DNA from: Yuukianura sp. NJ FZ-2021
Taxonomy: Eukaryota
Assembly: GCA_046563655.1 (NCBI GenBank)
Contig: CM102290.1
Coordinates: 5,208,001-5,272,000 of the forward strand
DNA: 64,000 nt
Direction: 5' to 3'
Shown: positions 1 through 12,900 of the stretch, one piece after another
Layout of the letters: each line of letters starts with the position of its first letter
How positions within the stretch are numbered: position 1 is the first letter of the stretch
Program-made: the position numbers and the translations under genes
Notes under the pieces: generated by a model
The model's input: the letters and a program-made list of their open reading frames with translations, nothing else
Databases searched by the model: none
What the model was told of the DNA's origin: nothing

Positions 1-2703
1 GTTTTTACATTTCAACTATACACATTTTAAAAATCGAAATTTTTATTGTAGCCGCAGTAGATGTAACTTTTATTTTTTTTCGCCACGAAATCCGTTATAT
101 TTTTATTTTTATGTTTTTTTTTTTCGTTTTCAATTTTAAGTTTGTAAGTCGTACTAAATCGTAAATCGCAATCTACTAACAACGTAAAAAAAATTTTTAG
201 TACTAACATGTCTCCGAAAGAAACTTAGTCTTTGTATTATCGCATGTTTTTTTACCCCGCTCGCCTCTCGTGCTTCGTTCGACACTACTCGAAAGTTTAT
301 ATTATTTATGTAATTAATTAAGTTAAGTAATTAATAATAATAATAATAATAATGTTTCGGATTGTTAGAAATTATATACTCGAATAATTGGATTCTTAAT
401 TTCAACTTAAAAGTTTTAAGTTGTAGTAACTCATCATTATCAACTGCAGACGATAAAAGTTGAACAGAAAAAATATTAAAGTTTTCGCTTCTTTGATTTC
501 ATTTACTACGACTCTTGTGTAAAAATTGGAAATTTGAAACTGCAAAGTAGTGTCTAGACCTTGGAAATTGCAATAAAAAGTTGCAAGTTGCAATAAAAAG
601 TTGCACGTTGCAGCTTTTTTTTTTAGTATTGGTCGTTATTGTTATTTGAGAAGTGCGAAATGCAAATACTATGCAACTGCAGTTTGACACATTTGGTAAA
701 CACTTGCCTATGAAATGTTTAGAACCAGAAAAAATGAATATTTATCAAATTGTAAACGGAGGATATGACTAACGTCTAAAAGTTTAAAATTGTGTCAAGT
801 TTTTTTTTAAACTTTTACAACAAATTTTTTTGTCAAAATTTTTAGACGACTTGATTTCCTGGATGCTTGGGTACATTTAGAACAATGTCACTCCTTTCAA
901 AATTTATCTCCGTAGTTGAGTCAGAGTGAACATATAGGATGTACCGTAAAACTTTTTCAAAAAAAAAAAGTTTCCTGTTTTGAATTTCTAAAATTGATTA
1001 GAAAAAGTTAAACTAAGGTCACTTTAAGATAGCGACTAAAAATCCAAAGGCTTGAAAATTATTAATGTAACGGATGACCTCTGACCCTGTTTGGAGATTA
1101 CAAAATTTCAAAAAGTTTCCCAAGGTTTTGAAAAAGTAATTTCGAAATTCCACTTCCACTTTGTTGAAACTTTGTTGTTACACATCGTTCTGACTCTGAC
1201 GAAATATTAAGTTTTGTCCGGGAGAGGTCAAAGGTCGACCTTGTGAAATAGTCTATGACTAATACATTTGATACACAATTAAAGAAATGTCCATTGGTCA
1301 TTGCTCTTTTGTTATCCACAACATAATGTGTCTCATTTTAAATTTTAATTGTCCAATAAAGACAAAACAACCGAATCAAAAACAATTAAAGTTTTTAGTA
1401 GCATTTATCCCATAATCCAACACACTTTTAACTTTTCCTTTTATTTTTTTTTAAAACGAGACACTCTGATTGATGCAGATTGTAAAAATTGTAAAACGAG
1501 ACGAAAATAGTCGAATTGAGGTCAAATTCAACTCTTAATGTTCATTTGATGACATGTTAATTGCCAACGGTCAACTGTGCCCATAAGTTGATGACCTCTG
1601 AAGAGGCAGCTCGTGTTTTAATTATCATCTCATCTCTTACTACAAGAGACAGGAGCCTTAAGGGCCCCACAGAGACTCTTTAAGGGCTCATCCCTTGGAA
1701 GCGTCAAGTGCCTGTCACCTCATTTTGACACCTTGTCTCAACAGAGAGACAGACACACATTATGCAGAGGTGACTGTGTGCTCAAGTGGTTCTGGCTCTG
1801 CTAATTACTACCTCTAAATTTCCAAAAACACACTTTTCACACACACCTTGCTCATTTTCACATTTTCCCATTGTTAATTTTCCCATTAAGAATTTTCCGA
1901 TTTTCCAACCCCATGGGAAAACAATTGATTTCACAAAAAAAAAATCACACACTTGTCTGCTCCCTCCACAAATTATGCACAAAAACAAACAAAAGTGGCT
2001 GCATGTCTAACCATTTTTTTTAAATCCTGAAATTAGAAAGTCTGATTTAAAAAAAAAGTTTTCCAAATTTTTTAGACAAATTACCTTCCGTTTTTTTAAA
2101 ACTTGAAAATTCGATTCGCACTTGATTCAGCACTAGGATTTTGTAGTTTATTTAACACTACCTCAAAAAACGTTTGCACATTTGAAAATAACGTTTTCAA
2201 ATAAGTTCCTTAAAAAAAAACTTTATACGTTGAAATTTTCCAAATTGAAACTCTCGTTTCTAAAAATTAAATGTAGTTAAATTTAAGACTTAAGTTGTGG
2301 TACTTTGGACAGTAAATGTACAGAAACGCCCTGAGAATCAAAATGTTGTGGAGTGAAAGACTCGAAGGTCATTTCTAGCGTCCGACTAAAATTAGTGATT
2401 TTTTACATGTACTTAAACTACATTTGTCGAATCCTCCCCCCGAATACTACAGGTAGCAAATAATCAGTGAATGATTAGGTTATGAAATAACCTTAATCGT
2501 AAAAAATCATTTCTGAAAAGATTGTCTCTGCCTTAAGTGAAAGTAGCACAGTTTCACAACCTTGAACACTGATTATCCAAATCCAAGGACAAATAAGCAG
2601 TCTGTCAATTCTAAATATTCTAAGGAATTCGTTAATTAAACGAATTGTAAAAAACATAAATAGTTGAGAATTAATATTTGACTTTGTTACAGAGTCCACA
2701 TTT

Positions 2704-5700
2704 TCAACTGACTCTGGGCCCTGTCGTGCCGTCCGTTTGAACAAGGTGGTCCAGTTCCGAAGTGACGAAGAAGATCGGATTCTGTTCCGTCGGCGATGCT
2801 CCGCCAGGGTCACTTATAGATAATTCCGCACTGTTGCTCACTGTCAACTGCCCATCGCTGTTCGTGTCTGTTGACGTCGACGTTCCGCTGGATTTCCGGA
2901 CTCTTTTGGGCAATAGATAGAGGAGTGACAGGGCAATGATGACGTGCCAAGCACTGTGCGTCACCTGAACAAAAACAGCATCCATTGGGTTATTTATGTC
3001 GAAAAACTGGCACTATCTTGAAAAACTGGCAGTATCGTGATGGACTTACACTGTAGTTGTCTTCCGTCTCTACAAATGCATATAGAATGAGACCAGCTCC
3101 GCCCAAGCAGACGCCCGGCAGGAACAGAATGACTGTCCAAATGTCCGGTCTGATCCACCTTTTGGCCCGGACACATCGATATGTCCATACGCAGAGTGGA
3201 ATTCCAATGCCCAGGGCAAAGGGAACCACGAAAACGAGGAGTCCTGTTCGATTGTACTCCACTCCAACGGCAATCACAATGGCTCCAATGATGTACAAAA
3301 CAGAGTCGTATTTCGGTGGACATCTTGCCAGTGCTATGAGGGTCACCCAGAAGGCCAAAATGGACGAAAAGAAGTCACAAAACTGAAGGACCTGTTAAAA
3401 AAAATTTTTTTTGAACTTTTGAAATTCTAATTTTTCAATTTTTTTGAATTTCGCAGACTTACCGAGAACCTGGTCAAACAGTAGCCATAAATGTCTTGGT
3501 CGCAAGCGTGATAAAGCGTGGAAGCAATCATTGTGGATAAATAAACGACTGCCTGGGTGAACATTCTTCTTCTAAGAGCAAGGAAAATGGCGGGAATGAA
3601 GAAGGCATTGCTCAGAGTCAGGAGCAAAGTGGCCATCAAGAGGAGGTTCGATGGAATTGCATGCGAATCGTCCGAACAATCCCAGCCCCGGTATCCTACA
3701 AAGTTAAAAATTCAAATTTTGAACTAATTCCCGCCATTTTTGAAATGAAATTTGAATTTTACCGCCTATGCATCGACAAGTCGTGTAGAAGAATTGTCCT
3801 TTGTGTACTTCTTGACATACTCCGTAGTTTCCACATGGGAGAATTGGTCCTCCAGGGGTTTGTGGCTTGCTCAATACACAAGGTTGCGTCCGGATGTCAA
3901 TCGATACCAAAATTTGTGATATCGTACATGGTACTTGGACTCTGAAAATCAAAATTTCATAAAATTTAAGTTCAAAAAGTCATTTTTCGTAACTTTTTTT
4001 TTGTTAATTACCCGTCTAAGTAGCACTTTCCAACAAATGAAATGAACCAGTTGTCCGGTTCTGGAAATGGGATGAGAACAGTAGCGTCCAGCGTTTCCAG
4101 CGATTTTGAGGACACTTCCAAGAACATTCCAGCCTCACAACAGTCCGATCCATTGTTGGTATCTTCACAACAAAAAGTATTCGGTGGACGGGCTTTCCGA
4201 ATACATGCGAACACTACTAGAGTGTGGGCAAGTGGTTTCTAAAAATTTCAAACATCAAAAATAAAATTTTGAAAACGAAAACATAAAAACTGAAATTCAT
4301 AAGTTGGTCCCGTTAGCTTACAACCAGCATGTCATCTAAATGGATGGACACGCTGAGCGTACCACCAATGTCCACATACGGCAACAACTCAAATGTGACC
4401 CCAACAGGCGAATTGTCAATCAAGGCTAGCCAAGTAGTGAACCAGTCTCTACTCTGAAAACAAAACCCAACAAAGTTTTTTTTCAAAATGACATCAAATT
4501 CTGAAAAAGTGAATTTTTTTTCAAAAAACTTACCTCGAGTAAGAACGTGTCTGAGAAATCCTGGGAATGCTTGATTCGTGTCAACCGAAATATGGGTACA
4601 CAGCTACAATTCTTGTCAGAGGAGATCGGGAGTGGTTTGAGGTGCGTAAAATTCATGCGCAGAGCTTGATCTTTTGAATCTGAATTTGCTAGAGCAAGAT
4701 CAGCAAATCGCTGGATAAAACTTTTGCCTAGAATTTGAATCGGACAGTCTTGCATGGTAACGGTGATATTGTAGGATACTTTGGTTTGCGACACGACCAA
4801 AACGTAGTAGTAAGAATCCGTGTAAGGGAGAGGGAAGTCCTCTTCGTAAGCTGAGTTGGCCTCATCCGTCAATGGACTAACAGTCTTAAGGGTTCCCCTG
4901 AGGGAAATATTGGGTAAGCTCCTTGCTTCTACGTAAACAGCATCAATACAACTGGAAGTATTCTGAGTCTCATTGTCTGACATTTCCAGCATTGGTCTCC
5001 GGGATGTTGAAAATTGACATCCGCTAATGGACAACTTGAACTTCCATGTACTCGTAGGGATGTAAAATCTAGCATAGACGTTGAAAAATCGTTAGAACGA
5101 TTATTGAAAGTAATCGATTGAAGTAATCGATTGAAGTCTAACCTGTAATAGCTGTAGCGTTCCAAACTCCGACTTCTTGTGGTCATTTGTGTTTGAAGGG
5201 ACTCGATATTTGTTACTTGTGTCCAAAGTGCAACAGATCCCAGACTGTATTGACATTTGTGTCCGAGTCCCTGCAGGATTTTTAAAAGTTTGAAAATGTA
5301 ACTTTTCAATTTACGTTTATTTTTTGTCCAAAAACGTTTTTACCTGCTGCTGAACATGTTGATCCCAATCGGGCAAGTAGCCAGCAGCGAACCAGCTTCC
5401 AGGCAAAGGATTGTAGACCTTAAAAACAGTAGCATTGTGCGGTTGATAGTACGACAGAAGAGTGATAGTAAACATTGAAGTGCGTTCAGTGTTCATGTTG
5501 GGCGGAAATGAAGAGTTGTCAGGAGCCATGACTGGATAACTCCCATGTTGCAAGTAACTAAAAAACGATCAAATTACGTTCAAAATTTAGCCGATTCTCC
5601 TTAATCCTTGAGCGTAACTTACACATAGACATTCCTCGGACTGCAACTTGGACTGTCCATGAAGGCAGCGAATTCAAATGTGGCCAAAGACACTTCTCTG

Positions 5701-5929
5701 GGGACGTAGTAATGAAAGAGCGTGACATCCGCATAACTTCGGTAAGGCCGCAGTAGTCCTTCTTGACTCACTTGCGGTAAGACGGCAAATCCCGGCTCTA
5801 TAGAAATCAAAACAACTGCAAATTAGGCATTGGCATTCGAATATCCGAAATCTACGGAACTTTATGATGATAATGTTTGGAATTACTCATAAGGGCAGCC
5901 AGGAGACAAAGCTGGAGCCAAGAAGTCAT
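2704..5929 (-). CDS. TMEM8/PGAP6 (post-GPI attachment to proteins factor 6) family membrane protein, ~11 coding exons
   Basis: Spliced by hand: signal-peptide exon MTSWLQLCLLAALM (ATG 5929) joins IVLISIEPGFAV... Later exons give YADVTLFHYYVP, VYVYLQHGSYPV, an EGF-like CGNYGVC...TCRC.GGYRG, then TM segments LLLTLSNAFFIPAI, STLYHACDQ and HSAWHVIIALSL, ending GPRVS* at 2704. The introns checked are GT-AG and keep frame. Confidence 0.85.
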
Positions 5930-8900
5930 TATTGTCCAATGAGATCCGGTGTGTTGGTGACCTGTGACCTCCGTTATACTGGAAAAGTCCTCACTTCTCC
6001 AAAACTTGTTGCATCTCTGGCATTACTTTGCTACAAACTTTCTGCTACTGTCATTCATCCTAAAGGAAAAATCAAGAAAACGATTAGATCCAAATAAGTT
6101 CTATAAACGAAAAGCTCCATAAAACTGGAACGAACCCAATCACAGTAAACAGTAATTAACAAAACTTGGATTTAGGATTAATTGGAACTCACTTTTGAGT
6201 AGCATTAGTGGCTTCTTTGCTTCTAAAATTGACCTGTTTCGGCTACTAACTATCAGCCAGTTGATAAGATTAGATGATATCTCTGGCTACTAAAAATCGT
6301 GTCGTCCGTTCGATTCTGTTGTCTCCGTAGTTCCAAAATTGACCTCTTGAGACCTGTTTAGATCAACAAAACCAATCATTAATTAGCAAACAATCAATCT
6401 ACTCACTAAATCTTGTGTTATCCAGACCAAAAATCAATTCGTTTACATAACGTTACAGCTTAATTCCCAAATCCCGATTACCGACCTATTCTGTACAAAA
6501 TCAGCTGATCCATTCCATAGACAATTCCCATGGTCTTAGACCTTCCATAATCTAAATTGATTGACTGATAATACCTGTTATAGAATCACCGTTGACTGGA
6601 CATCCAGAAGCTAGCCATGGCATGACATGTGGTACATTATTCCGTTTGATGATGAAGACATTTACTTTTACATTGACTTTAATGTCCACCTATAATTTAA
6701 CTGTACCTTTAACTAGTACTTGACTCTAAACTACACTAAAGATTAAGTTGTTATGATTAATAAGATTCACCTGTACGTTGATTGATGTCTGGTCGGTCGG
6801 TGGAGTGGATGTTGATAGTAGGATTCAAGTGTGTTGTGAGATGAGTTTGTTGACCTGCGTGTGCATCTTCTTATCTTAGCTTTACTCTGCCCCTCTTATA
6901 ACTATTTAATTACTTATAACAATTAACGTTTGACTAACGTTTGAGTGAGATACAAAATGGCGCCAGTCGATTGTTCAACGTCGGTTCTTGCTGGAGTTGA
7001 TGTAAAGACTGACGACGAAAGTTGTGGAATGGGGCCAGAACCTTGGACATAAAATTTCAAACCAACTTAATTCCGTTTAAGTCAGCACAAAACGAACAAA
7101 GGACGTTGTATCATTATTGATTCAATCCTGCATTAATAATATCTTATTGAACAAACAACTACCGTCCATTTCATGTCAGCCACAAGTTGACCTTTGCTTG
7201 ACCTTGGATATCAAAATCAATTCTAAAGCCATAGTGTAGGTTGCGTGTCAACCCACCACTCTTTCCCCCTTTTATCCCCCGGATTTTATGAAAAGAACAA
7301 ACAATTCTAGCTGCGGCCATCTTGGAATTGATTAATTGATTAACATTCATGTCCATTCAATTACTTAAGTGGTCTACTTTGAATAATTAACAATATCACA
7401 ACAAAAAAGAGGAAATTATAGATTGACCTTGACCTTGAACTGTCCAGGTCCACTCGTCACTCCGCTTGAGACCAATTCTCAAGAGGATTTTGAAATTTAG
7501 AAAAAGTTTTAAATTGGAAAACGAACAAAAGCAGAAAAAAGAAGAAATCAAAGAAACTTTTGAAACGAAATTGGATCGAATTGTACACGTTGAAAATGGA
7601 GTTTTTCTAAATTGAAAAAGTACTTTTCGAAAAAGTAGAAGATCAAGTTGTTTGATTTTCAAAGTAAACCAAAAAAAAACTGACAGTTCCATTAGTACTA
7701 GTTCACTTTCTTGGTTTCGTTTTCTTTCAACTTGTCCAGTAAAAAAAAACGTTTCACTCCAGTAATCCAGAGAACAAAAGTTTCCAATTCTGCAACAGGA
7801 ATTTTAGTGTGGGAGGTAAACAATGTCCAAATTTAACCGCGAAAAGCTCTTTTTGAACTTTTGGATTTCGACAAAGTTGATTGAAAAAAGAACAAATTTT
7901 TTCGAAATTGAACAACTCCCTGGAGCCTTCTCCAGGAAATTGACTTGTCCAGGAACGACTGATTTGTCTGCACGGATTACTTTCACCAAAAACCAACGCC
8001 CACGTAATTCTCCAGGAAAATTGTGTCTTTTCAAAATAAATTGCCAAAAAAAAAAGAACTTACACTGTTAGCGGACATTTTGAATTCAGAATTTGAAAGA
8101 ACTTCAGTAGATTTCAGTTTTCAGAATTCGTTTAAAAAAAAAAATTCATCAAGTGCAGACGCCCTTGCACACCTTTATTTGTCCACATTCACTTTGAAAG
8201 ATTTTGGCAACAAAAAATTTGAAAAAAAAAATACGTCGTCGCTAAAAAAAGAATTGAGGCACGGCCGACCTTGAAATTGTAGCAAAAGTCAAGGTCATTT
8301 TGTGCTTGTCGAAATTTCAAATAAGGACAACTTTAAGTGAATCTTATTTACATAATTTTTGATGCACACTTATTTTAAATTTGAATTTTTGAATTTTTTG
8401 GTTTCGAAATCATAACCGCATGCGTTTTACAAAGACAAAATTCGTTTTTAGTTTACTCTTGATCTCCATATCCTGTTTCGATTAAATCAATTCTTGAGCC
8501 ATGACCAAAAGTGTTTGTAAATTACAAAAAAAAATTGTATCAAACCATGGCTTTTTTTATATCCAACCAAAATGCTTCCTATTCTTGCTGGGACGTCGCC
8601 GCAGACGTCCGCAATTGAAGTTGAGAAACAGGAATTTTTCACTTTTTCCAACATTTCAATTTTCATATTTTTACAAAATGTTTCGTTTTTTTGTTGTTGT
8701 TTTAGTTGACTTTTCATGTAACTCAGCCTAGTGTATTATGTTAAATTGAAAAGCTGAAATGTTGTGCTGAAAGTGTAGCATGGAAGTGGCCTTGGGCCAG
8801 TGGAGTGGCGATTAATTAGGCACTTAAGGAGGTGCCAATTTGTATGTGGTTCACCAGAAGAGGCCGGAAGGTCCAGTTGACCTTGTCTTCACGAGTTCAC

Positions 8901-9949
8901 TCACTCTGCTCTTCCAGACAACCACATATGCTCAACCCTACTTTTTAAAATTCCAAATTTTGAATACTTTTTTTAAAAAGTTCACAAAAACCTTGCTAAA
9001 ATATCAATTTCCCATCAATTGGCAACCGTATTACTATCATTTGTGATGCAATGAGGGAGAAATAAGCTTCACTTTATAAATTTTGGCTTCTCCACTTTAT
9101 CATCTTTGTCCACTCAATTGATTTTCACTTACTTTCCCAACACTGATTTCCCAAATGTCATTTTTAGATTAACTTTCCACACGCCACAACTTTCCAATTT
9201 AACTTTACATGATCAGTTTTTGCCAAACTTCACTAGAAAATCGTTTTTTGTGTCTAAATCGAATAGAATATGAATATAGGCTATTGATCAAAAATTTGTC
9301 AGAAAAGTATGAAATTTTGAGCTAATTTTCCATTTTGCTGTGCATTGTGCTTTCACCATAAGAAACTCCACAAGTTCAGTAGAAGAAAGGGACGCAGTCG
9401 CCCACTTTCGTTGAAATTTTCGGATCATGGCAATTGACTGCCACGGTAAAAAGGCAGGGCACTTTCCCCGTCCTACACAGATCATTTCTAATGCTATACA
9501 TAGTCACAGTCACAATATACTAATCTTAAATTTTGATTTTCAAATCAAAATTTTGCAATTTCCAAGTTTCACCCACCCAGTTTCCAAATTTTCACTCCGA
9601 ATTTCGGTTTTTTTAATTCGTAAGTTCGGATTTTGTGATTCTATGGAATCATGGTGTGTGAAGCCACAAAAATTTTTTTGTTTCAGAATTAGCATGTGTT
9701 GTATCTTGTACGGAACTATGGTTTGGTAAGCAGTTGATCCACAGAAGATGTTAGACTACTAAAAAGCTCCAGTTGAGTGAGTGAAGTCGTCAGATCCAGA
9801 CACTCCCATTTTGGTCCAGAAGTGCCAAAACAATAAGTTAGAGTGATGCAAGCACAGTGACCTAACTTAGCCGTGACCTTTGACCTCTGACCTCCGACTT
9901 TTGGTCGTGACCTTTGACCTTTGTGCTCAGTTTGACAGCGGGAGTGAAA

Positions 9950-12900
9950 ATGCCGGACAAGAAGGACACAAAGTACGCTGAAGTGCCGACGGACGGCGGG
10001 GGCGGTGGTGGGGAAGCGGTGGGGCTCAAAGCCACCATGTCGCTTATGAACGGAATCACAGTGATCGTGGGGAGTATCATCGGAAGTGGGATTTTCGTGT
10101 CGCCCTCGGGCGTGTTAAAGCATACTGGAAGTCCTAACCTTGCTTTGATCGTGTGGACTGTGTCTGGAGTGTTTTCCATGATCGGCGCATACTGTTATGC
10201 TGAACTGGGTTGTATGATTGCCAAAACCGGGGCAGACTATGCCTATATCATGGTGACCTTTGGCCCCTTCCTGGCCTTCATTCGACTCTGGGTGGAGTGC
10301 ATGATTGTACGACCTTGCAGTCAGGCCATTGTGGCCCTCACGTTCTCCACTTACATCCTCAAGCCATTCTTCCCCACTTGCGACCCACCGGACGAGTCAA
10401 TTCGACTCCTCGCAGCAGTATGTATCTGTAAGTTCAAAATTAAAAAAAAAGAAAAAGGAGGATTTTAAAATATTTTTTTGGCATTTTAGTTTGGTTTAAC
10501 TTTTGAGTCAGTAGGAATTGTTAAAGTTAGGTTATTAGGCTAACCATGTTTTGCTAAAAGTTGATCTTACTCCAGTGTTCATTTGTGATGTTTTTTATAA
10601 GGTTTGGTTACAAAATTTCCGGTTTTGGAAAAAGTTGCATCATTTTTGAAACAGTTTTTAGTCAGCCGACTTTTTAGCAGTTGGCATCCATTCAAAAAAT
10701 TTTTGTTCTGTCATTTCCACTTCCTGTTAAAATTGTCTTGTTCTTTGTGTTTGTTTCCGAATTCGGATCCGAATTGAACCAGAAGCTACCGAGTGCCACA
10801 TGCTGTACATAACCACATGCTTTTTCATACAAACACAGTTGGTGCATTGTACAGACAGACATACCGGTTACATTGTTAGCACTATTATGCAAATTTTAGC
10901 ACAAACAGGTTTTCAAACCGGAATTGAATGAAATCCAATAGGTTTTGTTACATTTCCATTTTAAAGAGGAGAAGCATTTCCCTAGGACGCAAAATGTGCT
11001 GACTAAAACTTTGAGAATCTGTGGAAATGCGTTTAGGCAGGAAATGATTCCGAGGTTTAGACAGCCCTAAGCCAGTCGTGGGAAAAAGCAAAAATTGAAA
11101 TTCAGACATTTTTTGAATTCGAAGTGATGTAAAATTGAATGAATTTTGTTGAAGTGCTGAGAAATTTAATGTTGGTGAGAGGTCACTTGAGGTCATGATT
11201 GACGAGGTCACGCGGTACCTTCAATGACTTTGAGTCACTACAAACTCCATGCAACAAGACTTTCGACGCCCACTTGACCATTGAAAGGTGTCAAATTTTG
11301 GTGTCTGGATTCTGGACGTGAAATTTTTTTTTTCGTGGCGTCTAGTAACGGCGTGAGATCACTTTAATGATGTTGTTCGCAGTCCATTTATGTTTTATGA
11401 TGCGCATGAATTGCAACTCTGCAAATTCGCGAATTTGAACATCGGAAAGTGTTGATTATGCAATTTGCTTTTCCATTGCAGGTCTCCTTACATTTATCAA
11501 TTGTTGGAACGTTCGGTGGGCTACGTTTGTTCAGGACTCGTTCACTTACGCCAAGCTACTTGCCCTCATCATCATCATCGGAACGGGATTCTACCAACTA
11601 AGTCTAGGTAAGGTCAAAGGTCAAGGTCAATCCGAGGTCAAAGGTCAAAGGTCACAGCCAACACAAAGTCAGAGGTCAAAGTCACCGTTTTGAATAAGGA
11701 ACTAAAATGACGCCTTTTTGTCTAAACGTTTTTTGAATGCAAGAAAATAATTTTAAATTTTTAAAAAATTGAATGAAACAAATGTTAAAATATAAAAGTA
11801 TTATAAAAATAATGAAAGTATAAATAAGTTTTTTGATTTGTAGGAAAAGTGGAGCACTTTACATTTGATAACACTGAGCAAGACTTTACGATGATCATTT
11901 TGTCATTCTACTCTGGACTATTTGCGTACAACGGCTGGTAAGACTAACATCTTCATTCATTTGGAGAATTAAAAAAAAAGTGATGATCTGCACTTTTTTA
12001 AATTGTTAAAAAGCGTCTTCAGACGCTTCGTAATTTTCATGATGAAAGTGCTTGTCCAAATATTTGTGATTTATGTTGCAAAGTGATTACACAAAACCCA
12101 TCAGTTCTAATCTTTTATGTTTTTATGTAATCTGTGTCTTATCTTATGTTTTTATGTAACTTATGTTTTCAAGAACATCAAATTAATTATGCTTGAAATG
12201 TACAATAATAGCCTCAATCCAGTTCTACTGTATCCAATCAGTAGTACTCAATCCAGTACTTAAGTGATTAAACTTCTGGAAAAAACTTAGCTTTTTAGAA
12301 TGAAAATTGAAATTTTAAGAATTTTAAAATGTTTTTTGTTTTTGACTTAAAACAGGAATTACCTCAACTTCATCATTGAAGAATTGAAAGATCCTGTGAA
12401 GTAAGCATAACGTTCATAGGAAATTTCTAATTTTCTAATTTTTTTCAAAATTTAAACTTCAAAATTTTGATTTTCAGAAATCTTCCGCGAGCAATTGCCA
12501 TTTCATGTATTTTGGTCACCATTGTGTACGTCCTTACAAATGTCGCCTTCTTCACAACTCTCACTCCAGACGAAATTCTCAAATCAGAAGCCGTGGCTGT
12601 GGCAAGTTTTTCAAAAATTCGAAAAAAAAAATCAAAAAAGCAACAACAAGAAAAAAAACAAACAAAATGATTCCTAAATTTCCAGACTTTTGGAGACAGA
12701 ATGTACGGAATCATGTCCTGGACAATTCCCGTCTTCGTAGCAATGTATGATGCCATTCGAAAAATAAAATTTTGGTTTTCAAATTTTAAAATTTTGAAAA
12801 ATAGTTGTGTATTGCTTTTGTTTCCTCAGGTCTACTTTTGGTGGTGTGAATGGAATTCTGTTGACTTCGTCAAGGTAAAGAAGGATCCAATTTTCTTAAA

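Noticed and set aside
1..2600. Short ORFs at the window start
   Set aside because: AT-rich, low-complexity intergenic or 3' UTR sequence with no recognisable motifs.
4929..5309. Apparent frameshift between two overlapping TMEM8 ORFs
   Set aside because: Explained by a GT-AG intron (~5142-5069) giving YYR|FYIPTSTWK.
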